DNA of 61,731 nucleotides, the filler included, from Nemertoderma westbladi (taxonomy: Eukaryota > Animalia > Xenacoelomorpha): NCBI GenBank assembly GCA_032718475.1. It is 3 parts of 3 records of this genome, joined end to end, with 100 filler letters (N's around TTAATTAATTAA, not from the genome) between each part and the next. Parts side by side here need not be neighbours in the genome. Positions count along the whole stretch, not along the records: positions 25,037 to 45,285 come from JAUCBJ010001131.1; 2 more parts are not named here. One strand, written 5' to 3'. This document shows positions 25,037-36,929 of the stretch, one piece after another. A program made the translations under genes and the position numbers. Position 1 is the stretch's first letter. Each line of letters begins with the position of its first letter. The notes below the pieces were generated by a model. The model was not told the DNA's origin, ran no database searches, and was given only the letters and a program-made list of their open reading frames with translations.

Positions 25037-25885
25037 ACATTTTGACATGTCATGTAGTTATAGACAATAATAAAATCACGTTATAAATAATGAATTTTGA
25101 CATTGAATTGATTGGCACTGAATTTTGAAGAAATCTAATTAAATTTTGAAAAAATAAATAGATTTGTTGAGATGTTTTGTTGCTAGAAATTAATTGTTTT
25201 TACCTCCCAGTAAGCATTGAGTATTAAAAATACTCAAAATTATATATAAGATTAAATGATTACTTTTTATATGATACGAATTATTAATTAAATATTATTG
25301 TGTCAAAGTGAAGGACAATTTCAATTTCAATTCTATTTAAAATTGTGTATTATAGATATAATATCTCCTTTGTATACAAACGTGTAAATTTGTTGCTGAG
25401 TTTAGAACTAACCATAAAATAATATATATTGTTTATATCATTATCATACCATACCCCCCCCCCCCCCCCCCCAACCTTCCGAGAGTGGCTGTTGTATTAA
25501 AATGGAATTATTTGAGATTTACCTGACAAACTCGCTCGGTTTTCTCCATTTCGGACCCGTTTAACATTATTTTTTTACATTTGCGCCCTGGAAAAATAAA
25601 ATGGAATAATGAAAAATGTAATTATTAATAAATAAGTGATAATTCTATAATGTATTTTATTGAAATTTATTTTTAATAAGATTATTAAATTTATAAATTG
25701 AAATTTTACCCTATGTAAACACTTAAAAAGGAGATATAAAGTTCTGAAAAGGTCTGGTCTGAAAAGAAAACACAATGGGGTTGATATACAATATTAATAG
25801 AAGGCGGGTTATCTCCTATTTCACCCTCTGCGGTCGATAAAATGAAAAATGAGGATAAGTTGAATAGACTTTGAGTAAAACTTGG

Positions 25886-28690
25886 GATAGGAATAGCGCC
25901 TACCCCTACACCTTCGGGTAGCAGATAGGAGTAGCGCCTACCCCTACCTTCGGGTAGCAGATAGGAGTAGCGCCCACCCCTACCCTCGGGTAGCAGATAG
26001 GAGTAGCGCCCACCCCTACCTTCGGGTAGCAGATAGGAGTAGCGCCCGCCCCTACCTTCGGGTAGCAGATAGGAGTAGCGCCCGCCCCTACCTTCGGGTA
26101 GCAGATAGGAGTAGCGCCCACCCCTACCTTCGGGTAGCAGATAGGAGTAGCGCCCACCCCTACCTTCGGGTAGCAGATAGGAGTAGCGCCCACCCCTACC
26201 TTCGGGTAGCAGATAGGAGTAGCGCCCACCCCTACCTTCGGGTAGCAGATAGGAGTAGCGCCTACCCCTACCTTCGGGTAGCAGATAGGAGTAGCGCCCA
26301 CCCCTACCTTCGGGTAGCAGATAGGAGTAGCGCCCACCCCTACCTTCGGGTAGCAGATAGGAGTAGCGCCCGCCCCTACCTTTGGGTAACAGATAGGAGT
26401 AGCGACTACCCCTCCCTTGGGTAGCAGATAGGAGTAGCGCCCACCCCTACCTTCGTGTAGCAGATAGGAGTAGCGCCCACCTCTACCTTCGGGTAGCAGA
26501 TAGGAGTAGCGCCCGCCCCTACCTTCAGGTAGCAGATAGGAGTAGCGCCCGCCCCTACCTTCAGGTAGCAGATAGGAGTAGCGCCCGCCCCTACCTTCGG
26601 GTAGCAGATAGGAGTAGCGCCCACCCCTACCCTCGGGTAGCAGATAGGAGTAGCGCCTACCCCTACCTTCGGGTAGCAGATAGGAGTAGTGCCCACCCCT
26701 ACCTTCGGGTAGCAGATAGGAGTAGCGCCCACCCCTACTTTCGGGTAGCAGATAGGAGTAGCGCCCACCCCTACCTTCGGGTAGCAGATAGGAGTAGCGC
26801 CCACCCCTACTTTCGGGTAGCAGATAGGAGTAGCGCCCACCCCTACCGTCGGGTAGCAGATAGGAGTAGCGCCCACCCCTACCCTCGGGTAGCAGATAGG
26901 AATGGCGCCTACCCCTACCTTCGGGTAGCAGATAGGAGTAGCGCCTACCCCAACCTTCGGGTAGCAGATAGGAGTAGCGCCTACCCCTACCCTCGCGTAG
27001 CAGATAGGAGTAGCGCCCACCCCTACCTTCGGGTAGCAGATAGGAGTAGCGCCCACCCCTACACCTTCGGGTAGCAGATAGGAGTAGCGCCTACCCCTAC
27101 ACCTTCGGGTAGCAGATAGGAGTAGCGCCTACCCCTACCTTCGGGTAGCAGATAGGAGTAGCGCCTACCCCTACCTTCGGGTAGCAGATAGGAGTAGCGC
27201 CCACCCCTACCTTCGGGTAGCAGATAGGAGTAGCGCCCACCCCTACCTTCGGGTAGCAGATAGGAGTAGCGCCCGCCCCTACCTTTGGGTAACAGATAGG
27301 AGTAGCGACCACCCCTCCCTTGGGTAGCAGATAGGAGTAGCGCCCACCCCTACCTTCGGGTAGGAGATAGGAGTAGCGCCCACCCCTACCTTCGGGTAGC
27401 AGATATAGGAGTAGCGCCCACCCCTACCTTCGGGTAGCAGATATAGGAGTAGCGCCCACCCCTACCTTCGGGTAGCAGATATAGGAGTAGCGCCCACCCC
27501 TACCTTCGGGTAGCAGATAGGAGTAGCGCCCACCCCTACCTTCGGGTAGCAGATATAGGAGTAGCGCCCACCCCCACCTTCGGGTAGCAGATATAGGAGT
27601 AGCGCCCACCCCTACCTTCGGGTAGCAGATAGGAGTAGCACCTACCCCTACCTTCGGGTAGCAGATAGGAGTAGCGCCCACCCCTACCTTCGGGTAGAAG
27701 ATATAGGAGTAGCGCCCACCCCTACCTTCGGGTAGCAGATATAGGAGTAGCGCCCACCCCTACCTTCGGGTATTAGATAGGAGTAGCGCCTACCCCTACC
27801 TTCGGGTAGCAGATAGGAGTAGCGCCCACCCCTACCTTCGGGTAGCAGATATAGGAGTAGCGCCCACCCCTACCTTCGGGTAGCAGATAGGAGTAGCGCC
27901 CACCTCTACCTTCGGGTAGCAGATAGGAGTAGCGGCGCCCACCCGTACCTTCGGGTAGCAGATATAGGAGTAGCGCCCACCCCTACCTTCGGGTAGCAGA
28001 TAGGAGTAGCGCCCACCTCTACCTTCGGGTAGCAGATAGGAGTAGCGCCCACCCCTACCTTCGGGTAGCAGATAGGAGTAGCGCCTACCCCTACCTTCAC
28101 GTAGCAGATAGGAGTAGCGCCCACCCCTACCTTCGGGTAGCAGATATAGGAGTAGCGCCCACCCCTACCTTCAGGTAGCAGATATAGGAGTAGCGCCCAC
28201 CCCTACCTTCGGGTAGCAGATATAGGAGTAGCGCCCACCCCTACCTTCGGGTAGCAGATATAGGATTAGCGCCCACCCCTACCTTCGGGTAGCAGATAGG
28301 AGTAGCGCCCACCTCTACCTTCGGGTAGCAGATAGGAGTAGCGCCCACCCCTACCTTCGGGTAGCAGATAGGAGTAGCGCCCACCCTTACCTTCGGTTAT
28401 CAGATAGGAGTAGCGCCCACCCGTACCTTCGGGTAGCAGATATAGGAGTAGCGCCCACCCCTACCTTCGGGTAGCAGATATAGGATTAGCGCCCACCCCT
28501 ACCTTCGGGTAGCAGATAGGAGTAGCGCCCACCTCTACCTTCGGGTAGCAGATAGGAGTAGCGCCCACCCCTACCTTCGGGTAGCAGATAGGAGTAGCGC
28601 CCACCCTTACCTTCGGTTATCAGATAGGAGTAGCGCCCACCCGTACCTTCGGGTAGCAGATTAGCGCCTACCTCTACCTTCGGGTAGCAA
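25886..28690. repeat. 36-bp (some 38-bp) tandem repeat, ~76 copies, each containing a CTACC-TTCG-GGTAG hairpin
   Basis: Unit CCACCCCTACCTTCGGGTAGCAGATAGGAGTAGCGC. Confidence 0.95.
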
Positions 28691-28984
28691 CTATCGAAAG
28701 AGGAACCTTCGGGCCGTCTGTTTGCTTTTTCTTACAATAAAATATTAATATATTTAAGGGAATGGGAAACAATTGTGGACCACCACATGTGAAATTTTTC
28801 CACAATTTCGTGAGTCCTATTGAAATTACCATTACTACGTATTACTAGGTGAATTATATTGATACTGATATTTAATTTTGTGAAACTGACAACTTCAAAC
28901 CTTACCAATAATATAATAGTATCAAAAAACTTTTAAATTTTTAAATAAGTAAAAAGTAAAATTAAGAAAGTTTACTCTAATATC

Positions 28985-29075
28985 TCAGGTTTCGCTTTAG
29001 CCATAAACTTCCCCAGTTCATCTCTGTTCTCTAGTCCAGTGTCCTCGAGCAGGAGTGTGTGGTCTGCCTACTTCG
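28985..29075 (-). mobile_element. Short RTE-like LINE C-terminal relic
   Basis: Reads TLLLEDTGLENRDELGKFM, resembling the ...DTGLE...L..M tail of the other RTE copies. Confidence 0.45.
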
Positions 29076-29437
29076 ACAATGCTCACCAATAGGCTATCAC
29101 AGCACAAGGTTGCTGATGTGTGGGTAGACTTTTTAAGACTTAAAAATTGGCTATATTTGGTCTTAAAAGGACTTTTTAGTCCTTCCTACAACCAGGCAAT
29201 GATCAATCTGAATCGTAGGCACTGTGAGACAGAACAGTCAAGTTATGATCCTTTATAAGCATTAATAACTCCCACTGTAAGAAATATTACGGAATCGATT
29301 AATTATTGGAGGAACTAAAGGGATACTCTAATTCTTCCGCTTCCGTTGTTCCTCGGTAACTATGAACTATTTGCATTTCAAATAATTATAACCATAAGAC
29401 AATACAATACAAGACATTTATATTAAAATGAAATATA

Positions 29438-30061
29438 CTAACTCTCGCGTTTCGTTTTATGGCAGTAACAAAGTTCTTTTAAGACGTCGTTCTTTGTAAT
29501 TAGCAATCTTTTTATCATCGAAGTTCCATGAGATTGGAAGTTAAGTTGCGGAATCTTATGATTCAATAGGTTTAGAGTTATGTTAAGTTTAATCATGGAA
29601 TACCAAGTTGGGCTATCGAAACCGTGGGATACATCTACGGGTTTCTTAGCAACTTGATCTCTTGCTTCCCCAGAAGGAGACCATTTATCCGTCCGATTGG
29701 CCAGACGGATTATATTCTTACAGAACTTGTAGTGCTGTGAGACCCGGGGATTCCGAACGGACGGATTTATATTATTATTTATTAGTTCACAACTTTTTTT
29801 ACAGTTTTTGACTCCGGTCTTTATCAACTCTGTGACCGTTTCATTTAGGTTTCCGTTTACGGAATAGCCCTTGTGGACGACGTAAAGTGCCATTGTTTGT
29901 CCGACATTATAGACGCCCACGCTAGGTTTAGTGCTAGGTGATCGTCTATCATCCATGAGTTCCTTACATTCGCGCAAAGTTTTCGGGTCAACCTGTTTTG
30001 ATTGCGTACTTTCCATGAGAGTGTTTTGAGTTTGTGATCTGAGTGGGGAGAATTGAATTGT
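29438..30061 (-). CDS. Candidate terminal coding exon of an unknown protein ending in CYC
   Basis: ~207 codons open in AT-rich DNA, starting in phase 0 after the acceptor gttttattttattgcag (30062-30063). Confidence 0.5.
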   Translation of the reverse strand, partial: TIQFSPLRSQTQNTLMESTQSKQVDPKTLRECKELMDDRRSPSTKPSVGVYNVGQTMALYVVHKGYSVNGNLNETVTELIKTGVKNCKKSCELINNNINPSVRNPRVSQHYKFCKNIIRLANRTDKWSPSGEARDQVAKKPVDVSHGFDSPTWYSMIKLNITLNLLNHKIPQLNFQSHGTSMIKRLLITKNDVLKELCYCHKTKRES

Positions 30062-30769
30062 CTGCAATAAAATAAAACAGAAGTTATTTCGTTAATTTTC
30101 GTCATATTCTTCGACCACTTTTTGTATTTTTTTAATTTTCAATTTCTGATAGTTGGCATTTTTTTTTATGAAACACCCATGTATTTTTCTAATTTTTTAT
30201 TAAAAAAATGAGGAATATTATGAAATCATGCAAACTGGTCGAAATTTATTGAAACTTATAAAAATTATTACCTTTCATATCAAAAATTGCTAAAACGGTT
30301 AAGAAATTGCGGAGTAGTAGAATCTTTCGTGTGGAAAAATATCATTCAGAGATAATTACCTTCAAAGTTCAATCCTTCCCGCGCAAAATTGTCTGTATGG
30401 AGTCGGCTTGGTGTCTGTCTGTATTAGTGTCTGACAGGAAGGAAACACTACAATAGGTGCCTATTATTAGGTCATGACACCACCAAGCTAAAATTATATT
30501 TGCGGGGGTTTTGGGGTCGCTGAAATCATTTCCGATGTCAATTTAAATTTTTGGTGGAATGTAGTCTGTCCGTCGGTCGATTGTCTGTTTGTCTGTATAT
30601 CTTACATTTTGACAGACAGATTGGCAGACAGAAATTCCACGATAACTCGAGAACTAAAAGAGATCTCTCTAAGCCGTTTTCAGATTTGAAATCTTCTTTC
30701 AATTCTAAGATTTGATTTTTAGCGTTAGCATAAAGAGTGTCTTTTCTGACATAATAATACTATTAGATG

Positions 30770-31317
30770 TTTCCACCTTGGTGTAGTGGTCGCATTGAAT
30801 TCACATCTCCCGTAGGTCGTGGGTTCGATTTTCACATGGGCCAGGGCAGTTTTCGTTTCGGCACGAATGCTTTAAAGGGACCAGCCCGGGGGCCATGTGA
30901 AGAATACCAGACTTTCTGCCGTTATATTTCACTTTGCAGTTACCCCCATGTGAAGAATACCAGGTTTTCACCAAAACCACAGGCTACAGAAGGGCTGAAT
31001 CTAACTAAAACAATAAACGAATTAGTATATGTACAGGTTATAAGACATAAATAAGCGCTATAAAACACTTAATAAAGATAAATTAAAAAAAATAAAAAAT
31101 CTTCATATATAAAATTCCAATAAAAAGTCGACCGAAAAGTGAAATCCTGGTATTCTTCACATGGGCGAGCCCGGGCGCATCTCTGCCTCGCATCCTTAAG
31201 TGGTAGCTAAATGATTACTAGAGTTTCCTCTGGGGAGTAAAGATCTGGGGGGATCGCACTGGAAATAAGTCGTCAGACTTTGTGCGTAATCCCTTGTCTA
31301 GCGGCCGAAGAAAATTG
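30770..31317 (+). mobile_element. tRNA-derived SINE (copy 2), interrupted by a MITE
   Basis: Colinear with copy 1; A box TGGTGTAGTGG, B box GGTTCGATT. Confidence 0.85.
30891..31167. mobile_element. 277-bp MITE with 8-bp target-site duplication
   Basis: TIR CCATGTGAAGAATACCAG / CTGGTATTCTTCACATGG; AGCCCGGG duplicated at 30883-30890 and 31168-31175; the empty site is seen in SINE copy 1. A related fragment lies at ~38890-38945. Confidence 0.85.
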
Positions 31318-31627
31318 ATTCTTGATTTGAAATTGAGACTGATTCTTCAGTAATAAGTTAAGCATACAGGTCAGGTGCACCTTCCTGTACTGTGTACGTA
31401 CAGTAGTGTTTGGCTGTTGGCTATCGATTAGCTGGACCGTTTGTGACGGTAACAGGCCTACACCTTCCTCCATTCTGCATACCACTGTTTGGACTGTATT
31501 ATCTATCACCTTAAGTAAAAACAATTCGCGCCCGTCGTATAAATTTTAACACTACTGTACCGGTATGTTCGTACATTCTGTTCTACTGACCTGTGGTGTT
31601 ATATACTGTATTACTTTATATCATTAA

Positions 31628-33210
31628 CCCTATTACAGTAGTACCGGGCAATAAAATGTTGTACAAATACCGGGGGGGGGGGGGGGGGGTCATATTGAAC
31701 CCTCCATCTAAAATCTACAATAATTTTAACAAAAACGTCTGATTTTTTGTTTGTACGTAGATATCACAAATACGAATCCGACTGAAAAAAAAAATTTCGA
31801 AAAAAAGTACTGGCTGGTTATTTTGCTGCACCAAAATTACAAGTAGTGAACAATTTTCATAAAATTTGAAAGTTATAATATTGAAAGTAATAAAGTTATA
31901 AATTATTTTTTTTCAATACAGGTTTTCTGGGGCTTAAAATCCATTGGTAAATATTTAAAAATGATCTGAATACTATAAATGCCTGATTTAGTCCTCTACT
32001 TAGGCAAAAAATGAAAAAAAAACAAGTAACCAGCACTTTTCAGTTTGAACACAAAATTTTTAATTCACTTATACGATGCTATAAATTCACATTTTTAGGT
32101 TTTCTTGGGTGCTGATTCTAATGGAATACATTTCTAATTTGCTAGATCACTGCTAATTGTATTTTTCGGCGTAATATGGCAAATTTTGGTGCTAGCACCA
32201 AATTTCGTACCCATCACCAAAAAGTACAAGTTTGAGCTGTCCAGTGCTGTTTTTATTGGTTCCATCGGATTCAGGACCCTCATAAACCCGTATAACGCAA
32301 GAAACAAGATGATACTATCTATTGATCAATTTGCTTATTTTCAAAATTTGGTGCTGGCACAACAATTTTCACCCACCGGCGAAAAATACAGGTTTGAAAT
32401 CTCTTATGGAATTTTTACATATTCCATTGAATTCAGAACCTTTACAAACCCGTATAACGCAAGAAACAAGGCGATACAATCAATTGATACATTTGGTGGT
32501 TTTCAAAATTTGGTGCTAGCACCAAATTTTCCACCCAGTTCGGAAAAATACAAGTTTGATATGTCTAGTTAGATAATTATTTATTTCATTGAATTCAGAA
32601 CCGCCATAAACCTCTAAAACGCGAGAAATAAGTTGTCACAAGCAATTTAACTATTGAATGGATTTTCAAAATTTCGTGCTGGATTTTTGCACACTGCGCC
32701 GAAAAATACAAGTTTGATACTCCTGGTGCAACTCGTATATATTCCATCAAAATCAGAGCCCCAACAAACCCCTATTGCGCAAAAAACAGGTTCATACAAT
32801 CAATTTACGAAATTGACATATTTCAAAATTTGGTGCTGGCACCAAAATTGGCACCCGTCGAAAAAAACAAGTTTGAAATTTCTAAATTTATTTAGAAGAA
32901 ATCCATCTAATTGCAATCACCAGAAAACCGGTTTAAATCAAAAATAGAGATGTTACAAATCATATTTAATGAAATGTAATTTTAAAAAAACGCCTCAAAA
33001 AAAAGTGCCAAAAGCAGGGTTAACAAATGGTGCTATAACTCGAAAACTTCCCAATATTAATGAAAACTGTTTTCATTATTAGGAAGAAAATAGATTTTTA
33101 GGAAAAGTCATAAAATTTCAGATTCCCCGCTGCGTTTGTTTCAGAGTTATAACAAAAAAACCACGGGCAGGGGTCATATTGACCCCCCCCCCCCCCCGGG
33201 TTTAATAGGG
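31628..33210. mobile_element. piggyBac-type non-autonomous element
   Basis: TTAA|CCCTATTA ... TAATAGGG|TTAA; subterminal GGGGTCATATTGACCCC; internal degenerate ~165-bp repeats at ~32180-32900. Confidence 0.85.
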
Positions 33211-33520
33211 TTAATGTAATAACAAACATGACCTGCCTATTAATAGGCCTGAGTAGTTCTTTTCATATACGATGTATGGTTGTGTTTGTGTGTATAACCA
33301 TCCAATATCTCAAAAACTCTAGCAGGTACGGAAAAATTTCAAAAAGCTTAAAATTTTAAAAAGCTAAATGTTTTTTTTAAAAAGCTCGCTTTTAAAAAGT
33401 CATCAGTCAGTCAGTCAGTCAGCCAACGTGTATTGGGCTCGCCGCCGTGCGTCATGATGTGGTTGTGCACAGTCTTGCCCTGCTCACTCCCGTCATTGTC
33501 TGTACCGTCCTCGTGTTGTC

Positions 33521-34164
33521 CCTTGAGCATGTGGACGACTTCTGTCATTCGGTTACCTGGGATCATGGATCCGGAAGTCATGTGATCGAATACGAAACGG
33601 AAAGGCATGGGTAGTCTTGAATAGGCTTTCCAGGATTTGGAAGTCACCGAGAATTAATCGGAAACTTAAGGTCCGATTATTTAGAGCAGCAGTAGTTCCA
33701 GTACTCCTCTATGGGAGTCCATGCTGGGCTCTAACTGCTGAGGACACCAAATCTCTGGATGGCACATTCACAAGAATGCTACGCCGGGTTCATTGTGTCA
33801 AGTACAATGCACACATCTCCAACTAGACACTATATAACATTGGAGGTGTCTCATTGGTTCCCCCAAGCTTGACACTAGAACAAAATTGCCGCCGCTTTGC
33901 AGGACATTGCTTTCGCCGTGAGGACCAGCTAGTGCATAATCTTGTACTTTGGCAGCCTCATGGAGTGAATAAGCATGGTGAACAGCCCATGACTTTCTTG
34001 AGATGCATCTTAAAGGACACTGGCCTTGAAGATGCGGATGATCTAGCAAATGTCATGGGTGATAGGGAGTTGTGGCGGCGCAATTTTGTCGACAAGCCGG
34101 CACAGCATTCTTAAAATTGCAGCTGCAATGCAGCATGCCAATCCTAGTAGTAATAGTAGTAGTA
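33521..34164 (+). mobile_element. 5'-truncated RTE-like LINE inserted into the inverted Penelope arm
   Basis: KAW..LNRLSRIWKS...LLYGSPCWAL...LDGTFTRMLRR...; (TAG)n tail; GTGTTGTC duplicated at 33513-33520 and 34165-34172. Confidence 0.9.
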
Positions 34165-35271
34165 GTGTTGTCTAATGCATTCAAACAGGTGTTGGCTAGT
34201 GCGTCCAACATATTCCCCCTTACAAGAAGGACAGGAGAAAGAATAAACGACGTTAGAAACAAGGATATCTGGAACCGGATGTTTTAATGATGGGAGCGAC
34301 TGGCGCAGTTTGGCTGGCCGTGTGCAAGACGTGGGTATGAGACCACGCAACCTTCGAACAAAGAGGTCGGTTGCCCGGCAACTGGGCTCATGAATGCTAC
34401 TGCGTGTGCCCCTGAGTCTTACAAACGCGGTATGGTTCATGGTATGTTCCATCGTATATTTAACGTCAGTAAGGGTGGGGATGGTTCCCAACTCAATGCT
34501 GCTATTGGGGAAGCGAAGTCTATTCTTCACAATAACCAATATACGGATGCGATGGTCCTACATCAGAATACTGCGGTACAAGGCTAGGGGGCGCACAGGC
34601 AGTGACACAGGGACTGAAGTGCCAGCGGTGGTTCCCACTGAGGTCATTGACCTTGATTGCAACGTGCCGGCTGACAGTTCCAGGCAGGCCCATTATCTGT
34701 AAGTTTGAGTACCGTGGCCGGGTAACCGACCTCTTTGTTCGAAGGTTGCGTGGTCTCATACCCACGTCTTGCACACGGCCAGCCAAACTGCGCCTGTCGC
34801 TCCCATCATTAAAACATCCGGTTCCAGATATCCTTGTTTCTAACGTCGTTTATTCTTTCTCATGTCCCTCTTGTAAGGGGGAATATGTTAAACACACTAT
34901 CCAACACCTGTTTGAACGCGTTAGACAACACCAGGACGGTACAGCTAATGACGGGAGTGAGCAGGGCAAGACTGTACACAACCACACCATGACGCATCGC
35001 GGCGAGCCCAAAAAACGTTGGCTGACTGACTGGCGCAAGCTTTTTAAACATTTCATAGTTTTTGCTGGGCCCACCCAACTGCGGCCTGTTCTGCAAAAGC
35101 TTGAAATGTACTACATTCGCACGCGCCAGCCAGTTATCAATAAGCAGAAACATGATTTGCGCAAGTTTGTTGTGCTGCTTCCCAGTGGATAGTTAGTATG
35201 TATCAGCCCCATCACACGTTGCCTGTTCTTCTCCTTTGGGAACTTCACTCTACTGTCGTCCTGCTAGCTTG

Positions 35272-35320
35272 AGCTTCCTGAGAAAGCCCGCTGTATTGGG
35301 GCGAAACCTACCGATCAGCT
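35272..35320 (+). ncRNA. Degenerate minimal hammerhead ribozyme-like motif in the Penelope 3' region
   Basis: CTGAGAAA-GCCC-(loop)-GGGC-GAAAC downstream of the GIY-YIG ORF; G8 is replaced by A and stem III is imperfect. Confidence 0.45.
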
Positions 35321-35949
35321 GTCTGCAGTCAGCTGATCAGTGATTACATGCATGTCTGGGTCTCCAGTCGATTTTTATTTACTTGTGCATACCTACCGGT
35401 ACGGTTTTTTACTATTAGTAGCTTGACGTGAAATATAAATAAAATATAATTGTCATTAAAACTAGTCTTGATAAATTCCATTTGTAAGGTTTCTTTCGAT
35501 TAAAAAAATCGTTAATTTAATTACAATTAAGCTAAAAGCACGTGCCCATATAAGGGAATGTTTATTTCAACCACCACCCGCTAAGTAAAACACATCAATC
35601 TAACTGCATTATCTACCTACACCAAGTGCATAGTAAACACTTGAAACAACATTACAATACATTGTCTCTCAAATAATATCCCATAATTATACCACATACA
35701 TTATTCCAAGTACGCCTTTTGTTAACAACTCTGTTTCATTTTGCCAAATAATAAACTATAATTCCATGAAATTGTATTGTATTTGTTTGCGGGAAGGGTG
35801 TTTAGTTCAAATACTTATTACAACACATATAACTTTTCGTTCTTTAAGTATTCGTTCTGAAATATAATATTGAAATGCGTTGTTAAATTAAACTGCATCG
35901 CGGAATAAAAGATATTTATCAACAACCCCCACACCACACCCCTCCGACT

Positions 35950-36258
35950 ATTTCATTCTTGATAACGTATCTAAGTGTTAGACGCTTTTATTATTGCGTG
36001 AAGCCCCGATGCGGTATACATACATAGAAGTAATCTGTGATTAATGAGTGATTAATTTGATCTAGCGAATGATATCATAATAACTCTAAATACATCCATT
36101 TTATATAACAGTGTGTCAATTGTATATATTTTTACCGTATGTATCACTTTAATTTTATTTCTTTGTTTCCGTTAACATGTGTTACTGTAAGGAGTAGCGC
36201 CAAGAACAATGCGTATTGGCGCTATAAAAATACTTTTAATAATAAATAATAATAATAA
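35950..36258 (+). mobile_element. L2-clade LINE 3' end
   Basis: Terminal stem AGCGCCAA...TTGGCGCT followed by ATAAAAAT..(AAT)n. Confidence 0.55.
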
Positions 36259-36442
36259 GTATAATTTAATTTTACAAACTAGAATCTTATTTTATATAAC
36301 TAGAATTTTATTTTATAAATCTTGAATCTTATTTTATATAACTAGAATTTTATTTTATAAATATATAATAATAGTTTATCATTTTTATCTTTTTTATTTG
36401 ACAATAATCTCAGTAAACTGAGTAAACTGGTTAGTTTGTACT

Positions 36443-36815
36443 AACCAGTTGCCCAAAAATCGCTTAAACTTAAACTAGCAAAATTTATGCCAGTTTCATC
36501 AGATAGAATATTTGTAGTTCTGGCACAAAGCCTAGTAGCGCTCCTAGAAAAAGCTGATATTTCTGCATCATTTCATATCAATTAGTATATGGCTCCCCCA
36601 TTCCGGCTCTGTTGTCAGAAATAATAAAATTGTTAATTTATCTAATCAATGGATCTGCTATGGCCGATGCTCGCTCTGGTAGAAGAGTATGATGATGAGG
36701 AGCGTTAACACGACCGGGTAAACCCTTTAGAACTGTACAATGAGGAGGAACTATCCGCTATTCAATTTTGTTGTGAAGGAATTTCGATTCTTGTGGAGTA
36801 ACTGGCTCATGACAA
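36443..36815 (+). mobile_element. Harbinger/PIF relic (HARBI1-like N-terminus)
   Basis: Reads HDRVNPLELYNEEEL...F..EGISILVE*L, resembling the RDR.NPL....EEL..R.RF...GI..L start of Harbinger transposases. Confidence 0.45.
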
Positions 36816-36929
36816 CACCACACAAAAATTAAAGCTAAAATTTAAGTAATGTAATTTCTTTACTTTTTTGAAAAAACTCTCAAAATGAAAAAAAAATCCT
36901 TTTCCACAGCCTATAAATTACATTTAAAA

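Larger units (their letters stand above)
33403..35390 (+). mobile_element. Penelope-like element: 5'-truncated body (34385-35192) preceded by an inverted partial copy (33403-33520 plus 34165-34378)
   Basis: RT C-terminal/linker motif APESYKRGMVHGMFHRIFNVS; GIY-YIG nuclease NVVYSFSCPSCKGEYV(G)RT.QHLFER.RQH...LEMYYI...QPVINKQ present in both orientations. Confidence 0.85.

Noticed and set aside
25906-28124. GATPICYPKVGV repeat proteins
   Set aside because: 36-bp satellite with frequent 2-nt insertions that break the frame.
30770-30845. tRNA gene (also ~21165-21235 on minus)
   Set aside because: A/B boxes are present but there is no convincing cloverleaf, and the sequence continues into a shared SINE body.
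32186-32947. ORFs inside the piggyBac-type element
   Set aside because: No transposase motifs; they lie in degenerate internal repeats.
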